NCBI GenBank assembly: GCA_963921275.4
Contig: OZ001293.3
Location: forward strand, 2,560,001-2,624,000
DNA length: 64,000 nt
DNA from: an uncultured Hormoscilla sp.
GTDB taxonomy: Bacteria; Cyanobacteriota; Cyanobacteriia; Cyanobacteriales; Desertifilaceae
Reading direction: 5' to 3'
Shown: positions 35,025 through 45,771 of the stretch, piece by piece
Numbering within the stretch: position 1 is the first letter of the stretch
Layout of the letters: every line of letters begins with the position of its first letter
Notes under the pieces: model-generated
What the model saw: only the letters and a program-made list of their open reading frames with translations
Told to the model about the DNA's origin: nothing
Databases searched by the model: none
Made by a program: the position numbers and the translations under genes

Positions 35025-37240
35025 TTTTGTTAACCTCCTTATTATCAACTCTTGTGGAAGTGAAAAGTTGAGCAATTAAATAAACTGCCATTCCCGCCGC
35101 CATACCGGGAAGCGTTTCGTTAACCCCATCGGACAGCTTCAATTCTATCCAGGTCAAAGCTGTACCGATGCCCACTAGCATCATGGCGATCGCCACGGGC
35201 GCACTTACGTTTTTCTGCCAAACCCGCAGGACCAATAACGGACCCAGACCAGATGCTAGGGCCGACCAGGAGAAAATTACCAACGCAAATATGTTGTCTG
35301 GAGCCAATATGGCGATCGCCACAACCAGTATTGTCACTAACAGAGTCCATAGCTTTGCCAGAGTATAAGAATTGACAGCGGCAGAAAAAATATCTCGACC
35401 CAGGGTAGCAGAACAAGAGAGAATCTGAGAGTCAGCAGTGAAAATGTGCGATGAGTTCTAGCCTAACGTAGTCAAACACGGAACGCTAGCCTAGGAAACT
35501 AGGAACTCTGATATTCATGGGGGTTCAATTCCTCTCCCCCAGGTACGGGGGTGACACCGGTCCTCAGTGCTGCGGAGCAACATCACCGTGGTGCCAAGCG
35601 AGGACTTAAATGTAGGATAGCTGGCAGCCTAAGCCGGTGACGCCGCTAGGAAAGATGGCCAAGGTTAGAGCAAGCGAACCCATGCAAGCCTCGTAAAGCT
35701 AAACCAGCGAAATAAGGCTTTATGCGCTGGCCCAAAAGGGGAAGTAGTTAGTATTGGTTATATTTTCTGGCCAATATCGTATTCAAAGAACTACCGGGGT
35801 ATAGTGGGGACCTAAAGTCATCGTGAAATGGTATCAGGGAACGAAGTAACCCCTCGTGTGCTGTCCATCGGGACAAGTCAGATGTGGAGCGAATGCCACG
35901 GGTGGGAAAGATGGCCCGAGAAGCTAATGCCTGGAGTAATGTCCACGGATAGGGATACGGATACGTATCCGCAGACGCGGGTCGGTGATAGTTGGAAACC
36001 TTCGGTAAAAGTAACCTTAAATACGCAGCGGTACTGAGTCCGGCGCTAGCTGGGCGACAGTTTGGATAAGTCCTCTGGACAAAGGGGTGAAGTAGCAGGA
36101 GGCAAGGGATAACAGGAGCAATCCTCAGTAAACCTACCCGTGACAAGGGCCAACTACCCAGTAGCCGTGTGCGGCTCCAGTCGCATGCACGGTTCCTCAA
36201 GGGAGGGTTGGGGAGCGATTCCCAGCGAGACCCCTAATAGTTCCCGCAAACAGTCCTGCCAACATCACTCCCACCAAGCCAACTGGTAATAATTCTAGTG
36301 CTAAATAGGGCAGGGTCAATTCCGGACCCCCTCCACTCATCAACTCTGGCATCAAGACTCTGCCTGTCAGTCCGATCGTCGTCGCCGTCAAGGAATTAAC
36401 CAGAAAGCAGATGCTTCTCACGTTGTTAGCCAAATCCATGTTATCTTCAGAATCGATCGCCATTGCCCGCACCATAATGTGAGGTTGACCGACTACGCCC
36501 AAACCGCTAACCAACCACCCGATCGCAAAAGGCAATACACCCCAGGCTAGATTTGGTGGATTCAAACTGACCAATGCCGGGTCAATAACGCCAAGTTTTC
36601 GACTCAATTCCATCACGCCACCGCAACTAGCAACCGCCACCACTGACAGCAGCAGTAAGGAACCAACCATCAAGATACCCTGGGCCGCATCGGTCCAGAT
36701 GGAGGCGCGGATACCCCCAGAAAAACAGTAGATGATAACGATGAAGGCTCCCAGTACGATACCAAAATAATAGTTCCAACCAAAGATCGCATTCAGGGCC
36801 TTGCTGCCAGCTACCAGTTGGGCGGCGGCATAAGCACCCAGAAACGCTATAGTAATTATCCCCGAGAGTGCGGCGATCGCCCGACCTGATTTTGCGGCCA
36901 GGAAAGAGGAGAAAGTCTCCGCATCCCTTTGGGCAGATATTTTTCTTAACCGCTTGCCCACCAACCACCAAGAGATATGCTGTCCCACCGTCGCGCTAAC
37001 AATACACCATATAGAAGCCAATACTAGTTTGTAGCTAAAACCGACCACACCTGCAAATAGAAAGCCACTCTGAGTGGTTGCCATCGCCGATAGCCTCGTC
37101 AGCCAGGGATTTACATTTCTGCTAGCTAGCAGGTAATCTGTAGTGGTCTTTTGCTTGCGCAACAGCGCCAATGTTCCCACCAATACAAATAATAGGAGAA
37201 AGGCGACGAAAGTAACCGCAATAGATGTTCTATCGTTCAT
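35014..37240 (-). pseudogene. Na+/proline-type symporter (SSS) interrupted by an antisense group II intron
   Basis: Joining 37240-36239 to 35445-35014 gives a 477-aa frame (...GLFAGT-IFTADSQILS...) paralogous to 45772-47193. Confidence 0.9.
35446..36238 (+). mobile_element. ORF-less group II intron, type B (793 nt)
   Basis: 5' GTGCG; D5 agccgtgtgcggctccagtcgcatgcacggttc; D6 ending gacccctaat; EBS1 ATTTTC (35762-35767) is complementary to the 5' flank GAAAAT. Confidence 0.92.
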
Positions 37241-37346
37241 CGGGGATGTTTTATTTGGTTTTCATTGACGGACTTCGCTCACCTGTGATTATACGGTGAA
37301 GATAATTTTACCAAGCTAGCCAACAGGCAATTTATTTTCCATCTGT

Positions 37347-38283
37347 TTACACATTGATAGCCGACTTACTCGATAAAGCAAGATAAGCCCCGAGCAAAAT
37401 TACTACAAAACTCACCAAAGTAGAGCCGCCGATGGTTTCCGAGAAAATTGCCCAAGCTTCCAAGGAGCTAAGGACGGGAACCAGCAGACTGCATAAGGAG
37501 GTTAATCCTGAAGATAATCGCTTGAGGCTATAAGCAAAAAGTCCCAGACCTAGCACTTGGCAGATCAAGGCTAGACCCATTACCGAAACCCACCCACTTA
37601 GGGAATAGGGAAAAAGCATATCTTCGGTGAAGATAACAACGGGTAAAACCAACACCGAAGCGATCGCAGAAACCCAAGTTATAATAATTATATAGTTCTC
37701 TTTAGTTCGCAGTTTTTCTACCAACGTATAAAGCAAAAAACAATGCTGATAGTAATGCTGCTAGATCGCCTGTAATCTTGTCACTGGCGGATTCAAAATC
37801 GTTTACTACTAGGAGACCAGCGCCAGCTATTGCTATAACCATGCCGAGAATAAATCTCTTGTCAAAGCGCCTAACCACCCCCCTAAGATGACGAACGTCA
37901 AATAATGCATGAAGGTAGAGTTGGCAACGCTAGTTTTAATTAGGGACCATGCCCACAGTATGAGAGCTACAGATATAACAATTCCTGCTGCTAGCAATAG
38001 CCCCAGTGGCTCAATGCTGTAGGGCTGCGGTTTGATTGGTTGCTTGTCAAAAAGTCGCCCTCGAACGACCAATACTCCATTCCACAATCCCAAGGTGACA
38101 GTAGCCACCCAAAAGCGATTAAAGATGGTAGCATTGGGAACTAGTTCCCCTTCGCTTAAGCTGATAAAAATGGGGGCGAAAGATATGGCTATTACGCCGA
38201 CCCCTAATGCCGCGATCGCCCACATAGTTTCTGTATCGATTTGCTGTTGCACGTACTAATTTAATTCGTAGGGTTGCGAACAT
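37347..38283 (-). pseudogene. EamA/DMT transporter, frameshifted paralogue of 41556-42506
   Basis: Same protein recognisable in three or more frames. Confidence 0.85.
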
Positions 38284-38370
38284 TGATTATCTCCAGTGAC
38301 TGATACAGATCCCTTGACAATTGCTTTATTATCTTCAGAAGATTTGTCATCTCTGATAAAAATCTGCTTT

Positions 38371-40285
38371 TCACAGATTGGTATACTTAAACTTAGAGCC
38401 ACAAGCTACAGGAATCCGTCTCGCTGCCCCACGCCATAACTCCAATGCCACATCGGACAAATTTTGACCATCCGCCTGGAGCATCCGCGAGATCATGCTA
38501 ATATTGCCAAAAGACCAAAACAAGCCCGCCTCCAGCAGATACGGCTCGTTGGTTTCGGCATGCACTCTGAAGTCATACAGGGAGTAATCGCGACCGCCCA
38601 AAGCTATATGTGCCCGCTTGGCTGCATCAGAGATTTTCTCCCATAAAGAAGGCGTGACATTCCCCGGACAGACGGGTTTCACTGCTGGCTTGTCAGGTTG
38701 TTTCCTGGGCAGTCCGTCCCCTTGCAGGTCATACTTATCACGTACAGTTCTAATGGGATTGTCCTTGGTGACTAAATACTCGATCGTCGGCAGCACCCAT
38801 AACTTCCCCTCACGTTCGACTACCCCCACGCGCAGTTCCCGTCCGGGGATGTAATCTTCTACCAACAAGGTCTCGTCATGTTCAAACCCCACCCGCAATG
38901 CTTCAACTATTTGATCTTCTTCCCAAACCAAAGTCAAGCCCAAAGAATTATCTTCCGAGTTCGGCTTCACCATAAATGGGGGCTGCATGGTCACGGTATC
39001 CCCCTGGCGCACAACTTGGGCCTTGGCCACCGGGACACCAGATGCTGACACGACGCTTCTGGTTTGAGCTTTGTTAGTTGCCAGGGCAGTACAACTAGGT
39101 GGCGACCCCACTACTGGTAGCCCGAGGATGTCCTCGAAGAATCCACGGAAACTAATCATCCCTGGGACACAGAACATATGCGGCACTACTACATCCACCT
39201 CCGGTAGCCCCGCGATCGCCTCTTGGAGGGGCATCTTCTCTGATGGATGGGGTCGAGCCGGGAATCGCTTCCCGACCCTCCCTTGAGGAACCGGACTTGC
39301 GATTTTCACCGCATCCGGCTACTGGGTACTAGGCCCTTTTCATAGGTAGACTTAATAGGAATTACTTCCGTTAGCCCTTGCCGCCTGTCTTTTCTTCCCT
39401 TTCCTGGTTTAGCGAGTGGTTGTTCTGATAACCGTTAGTATCACCATTTTCAAGTCAGTTTTACCAGTTATCCATACCTTATCCTCCACTTGCGTTTCGG
39501 ATTAGTTCCGTGGCTTTTTAGGATTACTCATTCCAGCAGCTTCCTAGTATCACCGACCCACGTCAGCGCTGGCTACCCAGCATCATCTACATTACTGTAG
39601 ATGTTATCCCAGGAATTACCCCGGGCATTCGCTTCTTGGGCCATCCCTCCCCCCGTGGCTTGCGCTTAACATCTAACTTGTCCTGATGGACAGCACACGA
39701 GAGGTTACTTCGTTCCCTAACAACATTTCGCGATACCTTTAGGTCCACACTATACCCCGGGAGCTATTTGAGTACTATATTAGCCAGAGTCTAAAACTAA
39801 TACTAGCTACCATTTCCTTTTTAGGCCAGCGCATATAGCCTTATTTCGCTGGTTCCTTATAACGAGGCTTGCACATGTTTGCCTGCTCTAACCTTGGATA
39901 TCTTTCCTAGCGGCGTCACCGGCTTAGGCTGCCAGTTATCCTACATTTGAGTCCTCGCTTAGCACCACGATGATGTCGCTTCGTAGCACCGAGGACCGGT
40001 GTCACCCCCGTACCTGGGGGGAGGGGAATTTAACCCCCATGCGGTCAGAGTTCCCGGCTAATGAAACCGGGCTAGCGTTCCGTGTTTGACCACGTTAGGC
40101 TAGAACGAATCGCACAGACTGTCTAAGGATGCACCTAGCTGCCAAAGACCATCCGGGTGTACCACGGCGTAGTAGCTACTGACACCAATTGGTTGCACTA
40201 CTTCCCTTGCGTAGATTACCGACAGGTTGTAGTAGAAGTCGGATACGCGAGAACCTGCTAGGTGCAAAACTCGCAAGCAAGGCAT
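38371..40285 (-). CDS. mysD: MysD-type D-Ala-D-Ala-ligase-like ATP-grasp enzyme, copy 1 (exons 40285-40116 and 39244-38371; 347 aa if spliced)
   Basis: MPCLRVLHLAGS..DFYYNLS..YA, PHMFCVPGM, VKP..EDNSLG, YSLYDFRV, LEAGL; MAA cluster context. Confidence 0.85.
39245..40115 (-). mobile_element. ORF-less group II intron, type A copy 1 (871 nt), sense orientation in mysD
   Basis: 5' GTGCGATTCG; D5 agccggatgcggtgaaaatcgcaagtccggttc; D6 gggtcgggaagcgattcccggctcgaccccatcc; no long ORF. Confidence 0.95.
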
Positions 40286-40342
40286 TGTGTCTGATATCAT
40301 CACCAATTTTTCTGTTGTACTTGAGTTTGCTCACATATCATA

Positions 40343-40425
40343 TTAAGGGAAGATGTTTGTTTATCTTTGCTGAAAAGCATTGCCACTCCATCAACAATCA
40401 TATTAGCAGCCATGACAGGAAGCAG
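40343..40425 (-). pseudogene. vestige of the SSS symporter 3' end
   Basis: tttgtttatctttgctgaaaa...tccat.aacaatcata matches ~45783-45830. Confidence 0.65.
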
Positions 40426-40498
40426 AACCCACCTGCGGTGAAACCCTTGCCTGGCAATTATTTTTATCTGTACGCGACCAGAAAAATTTCACGCTACT

Positions 40499-41551
40499 CT
40501 AGGGTACCATACTAAATTCCATTGCCGACAGGTTAGTTTTCGTGTGAACCACCTTTTCTAGCTGAAAACCACTAGCCTTAAACAAATCCTTAAATTCTTG
40601 TTCCGTGCGCCAGTTGCCTCCCGGGTTGGCAACCATCAACTGCACTGCAAAAAGAGCTGGTATTGTCCCATCCGGACATTCTACTGGATCTCCTAAATCT
40701 GGCACTAAGGTTTGTAGAAGTAATATTTTCCCATCTTTGGGGAGAGCTTCTTTACACCGACTCAGAACTTTCAGAGCATTTTCTTTATCCCACAGGGAGA
40801 GGAAATGTTTCATGACGATCGCATCTGCCCCCTTTGGCAATTCACCAAACACATCTCCACCTACTACTTCCAATGCATCACTGGCAATTCCCTGGCTTGA
40901 CAAAAACTCCAGGGCCTTCTCTACCACGTGAGGCAGGTCAAACAATATGCCCTTGATGCCACATTTTTTGATAATCCTGGAGAGCAGTACCCCCAGACCA
41001 CCGCCAACATCCATGACTTTATTAAAGCAGCTAAAATCATATACTTCAAGTAATGAATCTGTCAGTTCTAAAGTAAAAGCCGTCAAAGCCTTATTGAACA
41101 GATCCTTCATCTCGGGGTTATCCTTAGTAAACTGGTAGACCGTCTTACCATTGACCCGTTCAAAAGGCACTTCCCCTGTGTGCAAACAATCTTCCAGTTC
41201 CTGCCATGGCTGCCACATGCTGGGGACAATAAAATGCATGCCAAAATGTCCTAGAGAAGGTCCCTCATCAGTAACCAGCAAAGCCGACATTTCCGTTTGG
41301 CCAAACACCCGTCCTGGTTTTTCCTCAAGCACTCCTAAATGAGCTAGAGCCCTGAGAATAACGTAGATAATTTCTACATTGGTAGCAGTTTTTTCAGCGA
41401 TCTTCTCCACCGGATGCGGTCCCGACTTTAACAGGTTAGGGATTCCCAATCGCGTGAGGATATAAACGCACATGCTCTGCTGGTAAGCGTAGAACATTCG
41501 GTACAGCTTCTTCTTCGACTCCATTGTGGTATCCCCTGATTTATTTTCCAT
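40499..41551 (-). CDS. SAM-dependent methyltransferase (O-/N-methyltransferase type with dimerisation domain)
   Basis: VMDVGGGLG, LFDLPHVV, GGDVF, RTEQEFKDLF. Confidence 0.9.
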   Translation of the reverse strand: MENKSGDTTMESKKKLYRMFYAYQQSMCVYILTRLGIPNLLKSGPHPVEKIAEKTATNVEIIYVILRALAHLGVLEEKPGRVFGQTEMSALLVTDEGPSLGHFGMHFIVPSMWQPWQELEDCLHTGEVPFERVNGKTVYQFTKDNPEMKDLFNKALTAFTLELTDSLLEVYDFSCFNKVMDVGGGLGVLLSRIIKKCGIKGILFDLPHVVEKALEFLSSQGIASDALEVVGGDVFGELPKGADAIVMKHFLSLWDKENALKVLSRCKEALPKDGKILLLQTLVPDLGDPVECPDGTIPALFAVQLMVANPGGNWRTEQEFKDLFKASGFQLEKVVHTKTNLSAMEFSMVP

Positions 41552-41555
41552 ATGC

Positions 41556-42506
41556 TTACACCTTGATAGCAGATTTGCTCGATAAACCCAGATACGCCCC
41601 TAGCAATATTACCACAAAACTGAGTAAGGTAGCCCCCTTGATATTTTCTGAGAAAATTGCCCAAGCTTCCAGAGCGCTGAGGACTGGAACCAGCAGATCG
41701 CATAAGGAGACAAACCCTGAAGATAATTTATTGAGGCAATAGCTGTAAAGTCCCAGACCTATAGTTTGGCAGATTAGGGCTAGACAAATTACCGAAAGCC
41801 ACCCATTAATCGAATAGGGGAAAAGTCTCTCTTCGGTGAGCATAACGATCGGCAACAGTAAGATAGAGGCGATCGCCTCAGCCCAAGTCATAATAATTAT
41901 CGAGGTCAGTTCCCTGCGCAGTTCTTCTACCAGCAGGGTGTATAAGGAAAAAAACAATGCTGATAGTAATGCTGCTAGATCGCCAATAAGTTGGCCATTG
42001 GCCTCTGAGATATCGCTGACTCCCAGGATCCCAGCCCCTGCCATTGCGATCGCCATACCGAGAATAAATCTCTTGTCAAAGCGCCTACCCCAGATCCACC
42101 AGCCCCCGAGGACGACGAATAAAGGCATCAAATAATGCATCAGAGTAGAGTTGGCGACGCTGGTTTTGGTCAGAGACCATGCCCAGAGGATGAGACCAGC
42201 AGATAAAGCAATTCCTACTGCTAGCAATAGCCCTACTATTCTCATGCTGTAGAGCTGTGGTTTTATGGTATGGTTCTGTTCGGGACGTGCAGCCAAGAGG
42301 ATATTCCATAGCCCAAAGGCGACAGTGGCCAACCAGAAGCGATTAAAGATTGTGGCATTGGCACCGAGTTCCCCTTCACCTAAGCGGATAAAAATGGGTA
42401 CAAAAGATATGGCAATCATGCCCCCGACTAATGCGGCGATCGCCCACATAGTTTCTGTGGCTAAAAGCTGTTGCTGTGGTAATTTCAGTCGCAGGCTTGT
42501 GAACAT
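41556..42506 (-). CDS. EamA/DMT family transporter
   Basis: About 10 hydrophobic helices; ISFVPIFIR, SLTKTSVANST, GDLAALLSA. Confidence 0.9.
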   Translation of the reverse strand: MFTSLRLKLPQQQLLATETMWAIAALVGGMIAISFVPIFIRLGEGELGANATIFNRFWLATVAFGLWNILLAARPEQNHTIKPQLYSMRIVGLLLAVGIALSAGLILWAWSLTKTSVANSTLMHYLMPLFVVLGGWWIWGRRFDKRFILGMAIAMAGAGILGVSDISEANGQLIGDLAALLSALFFSLYTLLVEELRRELTSIIIMTWAEAIASILLLPIVMLTEERLFPYSINGWLSVICLALICQTIGLGLYSYCLNKLSSGFVSLCDLLVPVLSALEAWAIFSENIKGATLLSFVVILLGAYLGLSSKSAIKV

Positions 42507-42637
42507 TGATTATCTCCAGTAACTTATACAGAGCTTTTGCCTATTATCTTCTCTGGTGGCAGTAAAAAGTTGGGTAATTAAATCAACTACCATCACCAGC
42601 AGTAACCATCACGATCGCCTGCTTGGATCGATCAAAA

Positions 42638-43774
42638 TTAACTATGGCTGTGGAGCAGCCAGTGTAATCCTAATTGAAAAAGATTGCTGAAGAGCACTAT
42701 CATCAACACGGTATACAGGGAGAATCTATCTTTCCCGATCGGAGAATCCTCTATCCCTGTGGGGGTAGACTGAGGCTGTCTTTGGGTGGAACTGGAGATT
42801 ACGGGTAGATCGGCTTTAGCAATTACGGAGGCTCGCTCCTCTTGCAGGCAGCAGACTTTGGTGGTGGAATAGTGAGACCAGCCCCGTTGCTCGGCTTCTT
42901 CATAGTCTTTGACTGTCAAGCTTAAATGGGGAACCTCGATGTTGCCCTGACTGGCCATAGCCAGAGCCAGCCGCAAATCTTTATGCAGCAATTTGACAGT
43001 AAAGGCAGGGCGTGCAGAGATGTCATCAAAGCGTCGTGAGAACCAATAGTTAGGCAGGCCGTGAATGTCCCCGGCGTTCTGACCAAACGAGCCGAAGTGC
43101 AGGGCATCCCAAATGGTTTGTAGCGGCAGTCCTTGGGCTAAACCCAAGGTAATTCCTTCACTCGCGGCTTGGACTGCGATCGCATTGACAGCATTGTGGA
43201 TGAGTTTGCATCGAGTTCCGCTGCTAATCTCTCCACAGTAGAGAACCCGATCGGCCATCAGTTGGAGGATGGGCTGGACTCGCTCGAAGGTTTCCTTCGA
43301 GCCGCTGGCCAGAACGGCTAAACCCATGCCCTTCTGGCTTTGGGCACCTACAGGGCAATCATTAAAGGGGGCATCTAACATCTCAACCCCTAGTTGATCC
43401 ATGGCTTGATGAAGTCTGAGTATTGTTTCTGGAGAGTTAGTGGTAATGTCTACATAGACACTGCCCGATCGCAATCCTTGAGAGAGGTTCTTTTCGCCAT
43501 CCAGCACGGCTGTTATCACGTCCGCTGGAGTAGGTAGGGCGGTAAAGATTACCTCCGCACAACTCGCAAGTTCGGCACAACTTTGGGTGATGCGGGCACC
43601 TATAGACTGCAACTGGACCATGGAATCTGGATTGATGTCATAGACATAGACCGAGTAGCCAAGGGCTAGAAAATTAGCGGCTTGTCGTCCTCCAATATTA
43701 CCGCAACCGACGATCCCAAGGGTGGGATAATTGAGGGGCGAATCAGTCTCTGAACTGTTGTTGCTTGGTGACAT
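42638..43774 (-). CDS. beta-hydroxyacid dehydrogenase family NAD(P)-dependent oxidoreductase with a C-terminal hydrophobic tail
   Basis: GIVGCGNIG, DITTNSP, LDAP, CKLIHN, HKDLRLA. Confidence 0.88.
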   Translation of the reverse strand: MSPSNNSSETDSPLNYPTLGIVGCGNIGGRQAANFLALGYSVYVYDINPDSMVQLQSIGARITQSCAELASCAEVIFTALPTPADVITAVLDGEKNLSQGLRSGSVYVDITTNSPETILRLHQAMDQLGVEMLDAPFNDCPVGAQSQKGMGLAVLASGSKETFERVQPILQLMADRVLYCGEISSGTRCKLIHNAVNAIAVQAASEGITLGLAQGLPLQTIWDALHFGSFGQNAGDIHGLPNYWFSRRFDDISARPAFTVKLLHKDLRLALAMASQGNIEVPHLSLTVKDYEEAEQRGWSHYSTTKVCCLQEERASVIAKADLPVISSSTQRQPQSTPTGIEDSPIGKDRFSLYTVLMIVLFSNLFQLGLHWLLHSHS

Positions 43775-43790
43775 ATTGAGAACTTATCAT

Positions 43791-45720
43791 TTACGTTTTC
43801 TCTGCTTTCGCAGCGTACTTAAACTTGGCACCACAAGCTACACGAGTACGCCGAAGAGCCGCCGCACTCCACAACTCCCATGCCAGATCGGACAAACTTT
43901 GGCCATCCGCCTGCAGCATCCGCGAGATCATGCCAATTTTGCTGAAAGATCCATACAAACTCGCCTCCAGCATATAGGGCTCATCTGTCTCGGCATGCAC
44001 TCGGAAGTCATACAGGGAGCATTCGCGACAGCCCAAAGCTATATGTGCCCGCTTCACTGCATCAGAGATTTTCTCCCATAAAGAAGGCGTGACCTTAGCC
44101 GGACACACTGGCTTCACTGCTGGCTTGTCAGGTTGTTTCCTCGGCAGTCCGTCCCCTTGCAGGTCATACTTATCACGTAAAGTTCTAATGGGATTGTCGG
44201 AGGTGACTAAATACTCGATCGCTGGCAGCACCCATAACTTCCCCTCACGCTCGACTACTGCCACCCGCAGTTCCCGTCCGGGGATGTAATCTTCTACCAA
44301 CAAGGTTTCGTCATGTTCAAACCCCACCCGCAATGCTTCAACTATTTGATCTTCTTCCCAAACCAAAGTCAAGCCCAAAGAATTATCTTCCGAGTTCGGC
44401 TTAACTATAAATGGGGGCTGCATGGTCACGCTATCCCCTCGGCGCACAACTTGGGCCTTGGCGATCGGGACACCATAGGCTGATACTACGCTTCTGGTTT
44501 GAGCTTTGTTAGTTGCTAGGGCCGTACAACTAGGTGGCGACCCCACTACCGGTAGCCCGAGGATGTCCTCGAAGAGCCCACGGAAACTGGTCATCCCTGG
44601 GACACAGAACATATGCGGCACTACTACATCCACCTCCGGTAGCCCCGCGATCGCCTCTTGGAGGGGCATCTTCTCTGATGGATGGGGTCGAGCCGGGAAT
44701 CGCTTCCCGACCCTCCCTTGAGGAACCGGACTTGCGATTTTCACCGCATCCGGCTACTGGGTACTAGGCCCTTTTCATAGGTAGACTTAATAGGAATTAC
44801 TTCCGTTAGCCCTTGCCGCCTGTCTTTTCTTCCCTTTCCTGGTTTAGCGAGTGGTTGTTCTGATAACCGTTAGTATCACCATTTTCAAGTCAGTTTTACC
44901 AGTTATCCATACCTTATCCTCCACTTGCGTTTCGGATTAGTTCCGTGGCTTTTTAGGATTACTCATTCCAGCAGCTTCCTAGTATCACCGACCCACGTCA
45001 GCGCTGGCTACCCAGCATCATCTACATTACTGTAGATGTTATCCCAGGAATTACCCCGGGCATTCGCTTCTTGGGCCATCCCTCCCCCCGTGGCTTGCGC
45101 TTAACATCTAACTTGTCCTGATGGACAGCACACGAGAGGTTACTTCGTTCCCTAACAACATTTCGCGATACCTTTAGGTCCACACTATACCCCGGGAGCT
45201 ATTTGAGTACTATATTAGCCAGAGTCTAAAACTAATACTAGCTACCATTTCCTTTTTAGGCCAGCGCATATAGCCTTATTTCGCTGGTTCCTTATAACGA
45301 GGCTTGCACATGTTTGCCTGCTCTAACCTTGGATATCTTTCCTAGCGGCGTCACCGGCTTAGGCTGCCAGTTATCCTACATTTGAGTCCTCGCTTAGCAC
45401 CACGATGATGTCGCTTCGTAGCACCGAGGACCGGTGTCACCCCCGTACCTGGGGGGAGGGGAATTTAACCCCCATGCGGTCAGAGTTCCCGGCTAATGAA
45501 ACCGGGCTAGCGTTCCGTGTTTGACCACGTTAGGCTAGAACGAATCGCACAGACTATCTAAGGATGTGCCTAGCTGCCAAAGGCCATCGGGGTGTACCAC
45601 GGCGTAGTAGCTACTGACACCAACTGGTTGCACTACTTCCCTTGCGTAGATTACCGACAGGTTGTAGTAGAAGTCGGATACGCGAGAACCTGCTAGGTGC
45701 AAAACTCGCAAGCAAGGCAT
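43791..45720 (-). CDS. mysD: MysD-type ATP-grasp ligase, copy 2 (exons 45720-45551 and 44679-43791; 352 aa if spliced)
   Basis: Close paralogue of copy 1, with the intron at the same position. Confidence 0.85.
44680..45550 (-). mobile_element. ORF-less group II intron, type A copy 2 (871 nt), sense orientation in mysD
   Basis: Sequence appears identical to 39245-40115. Confidence 0.95.
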
Positions 45721-45771
45721 TGTTTCTGATATCATCCCCAATCTACTGTTGTACTTAATTTTTCTCAAATG

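Noticed and set aside
35748..36200. 150-aa ORF as an intron-encoded protein
   Set aside because: It is antisense to the intron and has no RT (YADD) or maturase motifs.
39245..39309. ORF start MKIASPVPQGR... (also 44680-44744)
   Set aside because: It is a translation of intron D5/D6; the real N-terminus is exon 1 upstream of the intron.
42638..43774. Imine reductase assignment
   Set aside because: It retains the beta-hydroxyacid dehydrogenase Lys motif (CKLIHN) rather than the Asp/Tyr typical of IREDs.
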